From positions 70,814 to 134,813 of IMG/VR virus record IMGVR_UViG_3300025875_000001: DNA of 64,000 bases. One strand, given 5' to 3'. Under the pieces are notes generated by a model. The model had not been told where the DNA came from, did not search any database, and saw nothing but the letters and a program-made list of their open reading frames with translations. The position numbers were made by a program, and so were the translations under genes. The stretch is from a virus. Positions 1 to 10,200 of the stretch are shown piece by piece (position 1 is the first letter of the stretch; each line of letters opens with the position of its first letter).

Positions 1-590
1 CCCTCCCGGCGGATCTCAAAGCTGGTAACGGTACCATTCTTCATGTAGTAGTCCATACTGTCAATTGCATCAAGCACGTCACCCCAACTTTCATGGGTGG
101 TAAGCTCGATGGCCTGATTGGGACGCTCAACAGAGAGCACGTAATACATTTCAGTCCTCCCACTGTCCACGCTGAGCCATGCTACGGTAGCTAGCTCGGC
201 TATATGCCTCATTGCGCGGGCGCCGGGGACCGTCATAAGCCTCACCCTTGATGACCTTAGGCTTGCGAGTCTTAACAGACTGCGGACGGGCTGCGATCTT
301 AGCCATTGTGATTTGATTTCCTATCAGGAGTTGGGACGGTAGTTGATGGGCATAATGTGAACGATATAGCGAGCCTCATCAATGGCCCACTTATATGCGT
401 CAAGCTCAGTGTCGAAAGGGCCAACCAATTCCGGTTCACCACTTCCCATAGGGTCGATGTCGGTATCGGCCACCAGTACTGCGAACATTTTAATTCCTTT
501 GTTTTGGAGAGACTGTCTGTCCCTCTCAGCTCTAGGGTAGTCTATGACGACCTACCAGCGCAATAGCCTGGCCCTAGATTTTCAAGATTT

Positions 591-1310
591 TTAACCGATT
601 GCCTTGCGACCACCGGTGATCTTGGTGCTACCGATGTCTGCCCGCTCACCAGCACTGACACCCGAGTGGTATCCGATGCCATCAGACAGACGCGCACCAG
701 CGGCCTTGTGAGTCTTGGGGTAGAGACCCCTAAAGTGCCGCTCAACCGCCTCAGATCGCTCCACAACGGCCAGGCCGGTACCGGGAGTGCTAACCTCTGC
801 CTCTGCGACCTTAGAGCGCCGCTGAGCACGTAGACGACTGCCAACCTCATTGGCAAAGCCAAGGATGAAAGCCTGCTTAAACGCCCGACCGTGAATCTCC
901 TTATTGCGCTTAGCCTCTCGGTCCATATCGGTAGCAACCTGCATTTGCAGAGAGGCATAGAGAACTTCGATGGAATCCAAATCAGACTCCCAACCAATGA
1001 AGGTACCGGAAATGGTAGACCATCCACCACGATCGTTACGGTTGATAATCATGTCGGCACCGAAAGCCTTGACGATGTTATACATAAGCTGAGCCTTAGC
1101 CTTTGCGTAACCCTCAACCTTAAACTGCCGGGCAATGACCTTATCCGTGCTGGCCTTGCCATCGTGCTGCAACATCGCCTCATCAATGGCGTACTGCATC
1201 ATAAGGTCGGTGGCCTTAGCAGTGAAGGCATCTGCCTCTGCCTGAAACTCACTGCTCTCAGCCTTTGCAAGCAGCGCGCGGACCCTGGCAAGCATCTTTT
1301 CGTCTGTCAC
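591..1310 (-). CDS. DUF2786-family protein
   Basis: N-terminus EKMLARVRALLAKAESSEFQAEADAFTAKATDLMMQYAID matches the DUF2786 pattern; 239 aa. Confidence 0.75.
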   Translation of the reverse strand: MTDEKMLARVRALLAKAESSEFQAEADAFTAKATDLMMQYAIDEAMLQHDGKASTDKVIARQFKVEGYAKAKAQLMYNIVKAFGADMIINRNDRGGWSTISGTFIGWESDLDSIEVLYASLQMQVATDMDREAKRNKEIHGRAFKQAFILGFANEVGSRLRAQRRSKVAEAEVSTPGTGLAVVERSEAVERHFRGLYPKTHKAAGARLSDGIGYHSGVSAGERADIGSTKITGGRKAIG

Positions 1311-2507
1311 GGTAGACCTTTCGGTTTGGGCGGGTTTTCGTTTCCCGCTCTGGAATTAAGGTATCAGGTGGTCAAGGGCCGGTCAATAGGTTAGACCAAG
1401 ATTTTTAGAGCTTATCTGCTAGCTCTCGCAAGCGATCGGCTAGCTCCCCATCCTTTGTGTTAGTGCCGTTGTCAAGGCTGGAAGCACCACAAAACAGTGC
1501 CCAACGCAGACCTTCGATTTCGTTATCGTCAATTTCAATTGTTGCCATTACGCTTGCTCCAATCCCTAGCAGTCTGAGAGATGCCCCATGAGATTTCGTG
1601 ATAGCGGGCAGTCCTAGTCTTACTGGTAACCACCTTGCCCCCGCGCCGGGTGATAGTGCCTGCCACAGCGACTCGCTTTGTCTCTGTCTCTGTCATGCCC
1701 ATAACGATACTCAGCAATTGGGGGCTGTCAATAGGTCTAGCAAAGGTTTGTGAGCCTGTCTGCCGACCTATCGGCCACCCGGCCATACCGGCATACGTCA
1801 GGGGTTACGTCACACCATCAATTGTCATGTGGTTGCTACATACAACTACTCTGAGTAATTGCCGGGTTGTCAATAAATGCCAAAAGCCCGACCACCTTAT
1901 GCAGCCGGAGGGGGCGGGCTAAATGGTACTGCAATGAAATGGCCTTGCCTTTGGTAATGCAATGTAAATGCCTTGCAATAGACCTGCAATAATAATGCAA
2001 AATTAAGGGCGCGTTTGTCTTTTATACACAGGCAAGAGGGCTTTAGGGACAAATCCCTTTCACCATTGCTCGCGGCCCAATAGGGAAGCTAGTCGCGCCT
2101 CTTATAGCATAGGCTAAACCTATAGCATATCCCTAAGTATTTAGTTAGTGATAATGGTCTTGTATAATCCATGCCTTCCCCATTATCTGTGTCGGGGTAA
2201 TACGTGGCAAGCCCCGACATTTGTTTATGCCCGCCCGGTTAATTCCGGTCCGCAAAGCTTATCGGCTTTGTATGCTTTATCCTCATCGGATACTTACATC
2301 AGCGGGAAGTTTATAGCAGATTTCCCTTTGCGTGCACACTCCGGGCATTAACACTAATGCGCCTGCTAGACATTAGCGGTGGGGTTTTGTGAGAAAATTG
2401 ACCGGCGCTCTCAGTCGACGTATCACTATCTCTTTTGTTGCCCACATTGACCGATAGTTACGGATAACACCGGCCAGTTTTGTTGCAACAGACATTTCTG
2501 TCAGTGC

Positions 2508-2579
2508 GCGACGCAGTGGGATTCGAACCCACATTCCGATCCATAAGCGGTCGGTCTTACCTATTAGATGATTGCGCCG
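2508..2579 (-). tRNA. tRNA-like gene with ambiguous anticodon arm (UUA by pairing register, UAU by canonical register)
   Basis: Acceptor CGGCGCA/TGCGTCG, T arm GTGGG-TTCGAAT-CCCAC, D loop AATAGGTA; anticodon arm CGACC-GCTTATG-GATCG is irregular. Confidence 0.55.
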
Positions 2580-2621
2580 ACCAGCACCCGACTAATGGCC
2601 TATCAGTCGTCACTGGCCCGG

Positions 2622-2756
2622 TGCCCCCGACAGGAGTCGAACCTGTCCGCTCAGGGGCAATAGGCGTTAACCGGTATACCTATTGTCACCCTTTGCGTTC
2701 CCAATAAATCCATCAGCAGCAGTTGTGATCATCAACTACCTAGGATCATCAGAGGC
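2622..2756 (-). ncRNA. 135-nt tRNA-like RNA with expanded anticodon/variable region
   Basis: Acceptor GCCTCTG/CGGGGGC-A, D stem GATC/GATC, T arm ACAGG-TTCGACT-CCTGT; ~70 nt internal region containing a long hairpin (GGGTGACAATAGG/CCTATTGCCCC). Confidence 0.5.
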
Positions 2757-2775
2757 TTGGATCATTTAGTTATGC

Positions 2776-2844
2776 GCGGGTCGCTAGGAATCGAACCTAG
2801 ATACATCGTGGCTTGATTAAGCTTTACCATTAAGCTACGACCCT
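2776..2844 (-). pseudogene. Degenerate short tRNA (possible Gly GCC remnant)
   Basis: Intact D arm GCTT-AATGGTA-AAGC and T arm CTAGG-TTCGATT-CCTAG; anticodon stem only 3 bp; ~69 nt. Confidence 0.55.
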
Positions 2845-3147
2845 GATTGCTTTAGATTAGAGCATTACTAACCACCCCATTAGTAGTAGTTAACTCTAGG
2901 GTCAGTACATGTATTCTCGACAATGATATGGTCAACCTACCATTGCCGCCGGGATTTTCTGGGAGGCGCGCCCGGTTGCCTAGCATAGACCGTACCGCTA
3001 TGCCTTAGTTTGTTGCTGTGATAATGGCTATCCGTGACGATCTTCACCATTATCAATGGGCGTCCGACTATGCTCCGGGGTATCAACCATTGCGCAATTA
3101 TTGCGGTAGTCGAAATTGCCAGGAGATTCAGGACCCATTTGGAGCTA

Positions 3148-3549
3148 TCAGGCAGAGACGGTCTCGCTAGCACCCGCCGCGCTAGCCTGCTGAGCAGCCG
3201 CCAGAGCGGGCAGGGTGTCCAGCACGTAAGCCTCCAGCACCGGAGCGGTCAGGCGGCCCTTGGTGGGCACAGAGACACCAGCAGCGCGAGCAGCCTGCCG
3301 AACCTCACTCACGATGACCTTGCGGGTGATCGGAGTCTTTCGACCGGAAGCGTTGGTACGCATAGCCTTGACCTCAACTCGCTTAGCGAGGACGGCAGCC
3401 TCCTTGTCGTACTTCTGACCCGGGTTGGCCTTCTCAAAAGCCTCGATGACGTCCGCGCTAAGCTTACCGCGCTGACCGGACTTGACGAGACCCTGCTCAA
3501 CAGCCCACTCGCGGACGGTGGCCAGGGAAACCTTCGTGTTCTTTGCCAT
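3148..3549 (-). CDS. lsr2: Lsr2-like nucleoid protein with tandem DNA-binding domains
   Basis: Two Lsr2 C-terminal-like repeats: VREWAVEQGLVKSGQRGKLSADVIEAF and VRQAARAAGVSVPTKGRLTAPVLEAY; start taken at MAKNTK. Confidence 0.8.
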   Translation of the reverse strand: MAKNTKVSLATVREWAVEQGLVKSGQRGKLSADVIEAFEKANPGQKYDKEAAVLAKRVEVKAMRTNASGRKTPITRKVIVSEVRQAARAAGVSVPTKGRLTAPVLEAYVLDTLPALAAAQQASAAGASETVSA

Positions 3550-3952
3550 GTTGATCACTCTCTTTCGGGTTGTGCGGAGAAACATTGTTGTCTCTCTCGC
3601 TCTGGTAACTACATTACATGCCTTGGTACTGCTTGGCAATACCCGGTATCAAGATTTTTTAGAACAGTTTTCGTTGTGCTGTGCAACCATACAGTCATTA
3701 CGCCGCTAGGATGACTCGACCTGTGCACCGGTTTCCGCCGGGAGGGAGATCCCATAAGTCAGTCTAACCTAATTCATTGCGTGACTAAGGCAATTAAGCC
3801 CGCCTAGCGACTGAATGACTGTACGGTTACGCTGTGTAGTTATGGCGGCAGACTATTTGTATCACGGTCTGCCAGCGCGCCTAGGTGATTATCCCCACGC
3901 CTAGGATGAGGTATTGCTTAGTTGACGAACGAAACTTCCGCGTCAGTTGCCC

Positions 3953-4075
3953 TTAACCCTCTAGCTCAGTAAGAAACTCATCCAGGCTACTGAACAATTC
4001 TTCTCGACCTTCTATGTCACCTTCGTCAACGTAAGGCGAAACGATATCCCAAAGCGCCAGCAGGTTCTTGTTCAT
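3953..4075 (-). CDS. Small acidic hypothetical protein (40 aa, below ORF-track cutoff)
   Basis: MNKNLLALWDIVSPYVDEGDIEGREELFSSLDEFLTELEG*, translated manually. Confidence 0.45.
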   Translation of the reverse strand: MNKNLLALWDIVSPYVDEGDIEGREELFSSLDEFLTELEG

Positions 4076-4244
4076 GTGTCCACCTTAGCAGTTGTGTGTG
4101 AGTCTGTCTAGCTAAACACCGGGCCCTTTTCCTATGCCGTGGTCGCTAGCGCCTTGGGGCTTTATGCGCTACCCGGTGTCTTTGCTGAGAACTACTTAAC
4201 CATAAGTTTGCAGTGAGCACAACCCCTACAATCAAGATCTTTTG

Positions 4245-4544
4245 TCACCAGTAATGTAGGGTACCGGGCGGGGCATAGCGCTTAACCATACCCTCTAGCC
4301 ATTCGCGTCCCACATTATTCATGCTATGAACACGCACCACAGGAGGCCAAGGAATGTCATTCTCGCAAATCCACAGAATCACCCGGCGGCTAGTGTCATC
4401 TCCACCAAGATCGTGGTCGAAAGACACCTCATCAAAAGTATTCTCAGCCAGCATCGAAATAGCCTGGTCGCTGGTGTAAGCCTGCACCCAACCCTCAGGA
4501 GCCGGGCGGATGTCATCAATCCAAAGCTTCATGGTGCTATCCAA
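4245..4544 (-). CDS. Cyclic-phosphate-processing receiver-like domain protein
   Basis: KLWIDDIRPAPEGW...EVSFDHDLG...VHSMNNVGR pattern, common in large phages. Confidence 0.7.
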   Translation of the reverse strand: MDSTMKLWIDDIRPAPEGWVQAYTSDQAISMLAENTFDEVSFDHDLGGDDTSRRVILWICENDIPWPPVVRVHSMNNVGREWLEGMVKRYAPPGTLHYW

Positions 4545-4737
4545 TCATGGATTTTCGATGGTGTCAATAGCTAGCCGATGCTATATCCTTCTGGATCAAC
4601 CTCAAACCCATACACGAATCCAAGCCATGATGCAAGATCAAGTGCAAGTTCGGCCGGAGTAATTTGAGGTCTGTAAAGCATACCAACTCGCTCAGCAATT
4701 AGTGTATTGATTGTCTCTAGTGCTTCAAAATTAACCA

Positions 4738-6474
4738 TTAAACTGCCCCCAAAATCTCAATAGGTCCGGCCATAAGGCGTCGAATAATCCGATAATCAGT
4801 ATGGGGAGGGTGATTGTCCTTCCAATATGCTACAGTTGCATTAGCATTATCTAGGCTCCCCCAGTCATCACCTTGCCAACCAAAAGGAATCCAACTGTCA
4901 GAGCCGTCGCTATACCACTGTGCGGCATACTCATACATTAAATCTCAACTCCTATTATCGAAATAGATTTGACTCAGTCCGCATGAGGCGATAGAGCCTT
5001 CGGAATCGAATACGATGCAGCAGATTCTTAATCATTAAATCTCAACTCCCGCGTTGGTAAGGGTGACATAAGCCATTTCACAAACACCTGCCAGATTAGA
5101 ATTCTTCGCATAACCGCTCGCATGCCACCCGGCCCAAGTGCGACCAAGTGCCAGCATAACATCTGCCATTCGCAACTGAATACCGCTGTCAACACCAAAG
5201 GTACCCTGACTGAATGCATAAGCAAAAGCATCCGGGTCAAAATCCATAGTGTTGAGTGCCTTTCCAATTGCCCGCGCCGCCTGTGCCTCAGTAGTCAGTG
5301 CCATAGATAACGCCTCCTAGATCGGTTGGTAATCCTGCTGTACCCGCCCCCTTAGAAGCTAAACCTAGTCAACACGCTTGCACTTTACAGAGCCCGACAG
5401 ATCGAACACGGCAGGCTCAGAGCAGCGGCAGTTATTCACGCTGTAGCCACAGTTGGCACACGGTGTCTTGCAGTAGACCATTCCGGCAGGCTCATCAAAG
5501 AGAATGTACTGCTGGTCAGTCCAATTGCGCCGGTGCGGGGCATGCTCGTTGGCCTTAGTCGTCTTAGGCTCCTTAGCAGTGTAAGCACCACCACTATCAG
5601 GATTGTCAAGATCACTAGAAGCCTCGGCCTCTGCCGCCATAGCCGTATTAATGCGCTTAGGCTTAGGGTCCGGCTTATTGTCGTCATCAAAAGTCATGCC
5701 AGTAGCCCTAGCAGCAGCCAAAGCATCCTTAGCAGCCTGACTAAACCTGCCTCGACTCGGCTTAGCAAGCGGCGGGTTGAGAGAACAAAGATACTCGCGC
5801 TGAGTAGTCATTAAATCATCCAATCTATTACGCTATTGATACCGTTATCGAAATTATTGCGATCATCCATATGCCCAGCACTAGAGCTGGAACCAAATGA
5901 TCCTATGATAATCAGTAAGAGTATTGCACCTCCCCAAATTAGGAATACTACCATGTACCAAGGCATTACTTAACCTTTGATACCTTAATAGTATATCCGT
6001 GAGGTAAAGTACCAATCTCATCAGTTAACTGCAACAGGCTAAGCTCCGCATCACTAATGAAATCTCCATCTTCATTGTAAATCTGAATGTAATACCACAT
6101 TAGTTCCCCCTATATGCATCAGCAGCCATTTCAAGCTGGGTGATCCACTCATCTTCCCGGTCAAGCTGGGCACGCATAGCAAGCTCAGCCTCATAGACAG
6201 GCATTTCAGCAGCCATGCTCACCCACTCATCCTGCACACAAGCCGCGCACGTCCAGACACCAGCCTCCGAGTGATAGTTGTGCCCATTGTCATACAGGGC
6301 AATCTCAGCGGCCTCATCATAGTCCGGCGCGGTGGCAAGCTCTCGCCCACAGTCTACAGACTCGCAAGTGATCGTGACCATATTCATACCCCTAAGATTA
6401 GGGAACCGGCCACATGAACCACACATGCCATATGGATTGTCTTTGTGCGCGTTGCACCATTGGCAGGTCATCAT
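4738..6474 (-). CDS. Cluster of small hypothetical early genes (4738-4938, 5035-5304, 5365-5823, 6100-6474)
   Basis: Co-oriented ORFs with AGGAG/GAGG-type RBS; 5365-5823 carries an RGRF AT-hook-like motif. Confidence 0.6.
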
Positions 6475-6577
6475 GTGCTCCCTTCGTCGTTGTGTGTCTC
6501 CAAGTTAAGGCATAGCGCCGGTGCTGTCAAGCGGAAAGTTTCTGGGATCTACGCCTTGACTCCCGGCGCGCACTATG

Positions 6578-7078
6578 CTATCTATGTAAACCAAGAGCGA
6601 AATCGTTAGTTACGTGGCAGCTCCTACACATGGGAGCGTAGTCCATAACGTCACGGCTAAAAAGCCTTCCTGCATGTGGTCCGGTCTCTTGAACTATGAT
6701 CCTGCCGGTAGATAATAAACACCAGTCATGGCCTTGACTACTACAATTAATGCATGTATGATCCCTAGCGTTGCCTCGAAGCTTTTTGATCTTATCATGC
6801 ATGACGGAATAACCAGGATTACCGACGTTATTAATTTTGCGCGGCATGGTCATATTTCTGCCCATGTTTCTACGTTTTAGATGTAGTCTACATAGACCGG
6901 AGGCTCCCCCAAGATCATCACAGTATTCACATTTTTTCTTGTGGGAGCGTCGAATCTCTTGCTTTTCAGCTTTGGTTGGGTTAGGCTTGCCCCAGAGCCT
7001 AAAGAGCTGGTAATGTCTATTGCAAAATCCTCGGCCAAAATGTTGGTTGGTGCAACCATCTATCTCACATAGTTTCAT
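6578..7078 (-). CDS. HNH-type endonuclease with N-terminal zinc-finger repeats
   Basis: CEIDGCTNQHFGRGFCNRHY repeats; C-terminal CINC...YAPMCRSCH. Confidence 0.75.
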   Translation of the reverse strand: MKLCEIDGCTNQHFGRGFCNRHYQLFRLWGKPNPTKAEKQEIRRSHKKKCEYCDDLGGASGLCRLHLKRRNMGRNMTMPRKINNVGNPGYSVMHDKIKKLRGNARDHTCINCSSQGHDWCLLSTGRIIVQETGPHAGRLFSRDVMDYAPMCRSCHVTNDFALGLHR

Positions 7079-7281
7079 AGCACAACTATATCATTTTTAT
7101 TTGATCTTGAACCCTGAAATTTTATAATATATTACGATCCGCCCCAAAAATCTACATGGCCTTTTTAAAAAGATTACGATGGAGTCTTATATTCACCACA
7201 ACTATTTTACGATCTGGCCCTGCATTTCGCATAGACTTTGATTACTCAGAGTAACTATATGGGGTGCAGGGCTATTTTTAT

Positions 7282-10200
7282 TTACGTTAATACAAGTTCG
7301 TTATCATATATGTCAAATAGTGTTAGCTGCTGCTCTTGCCAATACAGTTCATTAAGATACTTCAAATCACTAACCAGCATTTCAGCTAAATCTCCCGGGT
7401 CGTTTGAACTCATACTCCACTCTACACGAAAGTCGTCTCTTATATATATGAGTACTGATTTGTACCATGTATTTTCATCATCTATAACACTACTGGTGAT
7501 TTCATAATCAACGGCGTACATTATTGCACTCTCTTTCTAACATAATTAGAGACTCATACAGTACCGGCCATTTTGCTTTTAGCTGTCGCTTTTGTAGTTT
7601 ATGGTAAACCGGCTCTCTGCCTGCAATAGTCCAAGCATTGTATACGCGCTTGATTGCTGCGTCAACACCTGGATCATTATCAAATCGGCCGGTCATAGTG
7701 GCCTGTAATCTTCTGGTACACTATCCCAGCTAACATTCATAGGTGCTTGAAAACTCCGATCGTCGTTTTTAATTGTAAACAATGGCTGTACTGTATTAGA
7801 CCAATGCTCCGGCTCAAAAGTAATTTCAGGGTCAATACCTACAATGCAGCAACCTTGATCACATGCGGTTCTATGAGACTGTAATTCATATGCCATCTTA
7901 TACCTCCACTGGAATTGATTCAGCATTGCTCTTGACTTGCTGACATGCATCCATTACACGCTGGATCACAGCAAACTTAGGATCATCGATAAACGAAAGA
8001 TTACCTGTCTGGTAATCGAATATATCTAGTAGTGCTTCGTTCCATCCGGCTTCAAAAATCTTGTAACGCTGACTGTCTGTTATTTCACTGTAAGGATTCA
8101 TACCCATATTATACTCCCGCCCTAATCCTAACTAAAAATATACCAAAAATTCAATTTATACCAAAAATTGATTTCAAATTAGACTTCCCACCAAAATTGA
8201 ATTCTATTCAAGCTGCTTCCTAGAAACTGAATCTGAAATTTGCTTCATCAATTCTGACTCTTGTTTTTTACCAGCCTCTATGGCAGCTTCTCTAAAAGAC
8301 TTAGATGCACTAAAGAATTCTATGTCAACTATACTAGACAATTGTCTGTAAATTTTTTGCTGAGAACTTAATAGATTTTCTAACTCTTTAAATCTAGGCA
8401 TGCAATAATCATTACAACCATAACTATAGCCATACCGTTTGTCACAATCATGGTTATAAATTTGTATATAAAACAGTCGGCCATGATCTTTCCAGCCGTC
8501 TTTTAATTTAGAATAAATTTTGTAAGCATTTACATCTAATTCTTTTTCAGAGGTATTATTGACACCAATTGTAACGATTGTGATCAAAAAAGGTATCCAT
8601 AAATAACCAAACAAAGAATATAGACTAACCCCAATTAATGAAACTGGAAGCACAGCTAATATCAAAGCAACAATAACCATTAACCAAACATAAAAAGTAT
8701 ATTCAGCACCCCAATGATATTCACGTTCTTTTGATTTTGCTTTAAGTTTATTAAACTTATAAAAAGATGTGCATATCTGCACGACCTTACCCGCCCCCGG
8801 CTTTATTGCAATTGTATTCACAGTACTCCTTAAACGTGATAGTATGGGCCATAGCCATCATCAGACCAGCGAGTGCCTAAATGACTAGCGGCTACCAAAA
8901 ATGGAATTGCAAATAGACCCCACCAAGAAAACATAGCCAGCAGTATTATTAGCAACATAGCACAGATGCTTATTCTAATCCAAGCATCTGCCCATACGTG
9001 CTTCAAAAACTTCATTAAATCTCCTTGCCTTCCGCCACAGCTTTCGCCATGCCTACCATTACTTCAAATGTCCAGCCACTATGCTCGTCTTTAAACCCGG
9101 GCATCTTGGTCTGCTCAGCATAGGGCAAGGACTTCCAACTGTCAATAAAGTCTGACACATAGTACGTGACTTTTGACTCTGCGTAATTAAGTAAGGCATT
9201 AGCCTGCTCTAAACAGAATAGCTCATAAGATCCAGAATCCAACCAAAAATTCTCAAAACCTGATTCTTCCTCAAATCTATTCAAACGATCTTGGAAGGGC
9301 TGCCTCAGACTTAGCTTTGTTTCTATCCACTCATCAATGTGTGCGTTGTAATCAGCCTGTCGCTTAGCCTGCAAATCGTCTAGCCACTCTTGGCGGTCTG
9401 CATCTGCCTGCTCTTTAGTTTTGTAGGAGATATATTCTACGCCGTCTACGAACAATCCCATCACCCGGCCACCCCAACCATTAGAGGTAGAGTAGACTAC
9501 TGCAATATCGCCGGGTGAAATAGGAGGCTTATCTGTGTAGTCTACAAACAGACTCAAACTATCTTTCATATGGATACTATCCTCACCGACAGACTCTACC
9601 TCATACAGATTAACATACCAGCCGTCTTTGTTTTTAAACATATGATCGTCCATTCTTTGGCATCTTGTCTTCGTAATCATTAATCATCTGCTGATGATTA
9701 AAGTAAATCTTAGTATTTGGGTAATTCTGTTTGATCAGATTCACGCAATTATCAGGTAGTTCTTCATTACGGTAAGATTGCATAGAACCTTTCTTATGCT
9801 TAGCTGTAGAAATACCCCTAAGAGACTTAATATATCCCACCATTGCTACAATCATTACAATCCCGGCGATTAGCGCTCCTAGTACAACATTAGCAGACAA
9901 CAGGGTGGATAGCAGCATAAAATCCAGTGCTAGAATAGATCCGCTAACAACAGCGCCCCTCCTGTAGTAAGGAATATCTTTAGGCTTCTTTACTACAGGA
10001 ACTACATCATCTTCTTTAGCATACTTGGTCGGGAGATAGACTGCCTCGATTACGGCCTTCTCTGCCTTAAACCCAAATTCACCTCGGTCAACCATACCGT
10101 AACCACGAATAATAGCCATAGTGTTACCTTCTACATGCTGGTCATCAGGGTCGTAATAAGCATAGTATCCACAACTACAATTAGGTTGACGCTTACTATT

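Noticed and set aside
2508-2579. Functional ochre suppressor tRNA
   Set aside because: The UUA reading requires G32/C33, which is non-canonical; kept only as an aberrant tRNA-like gene
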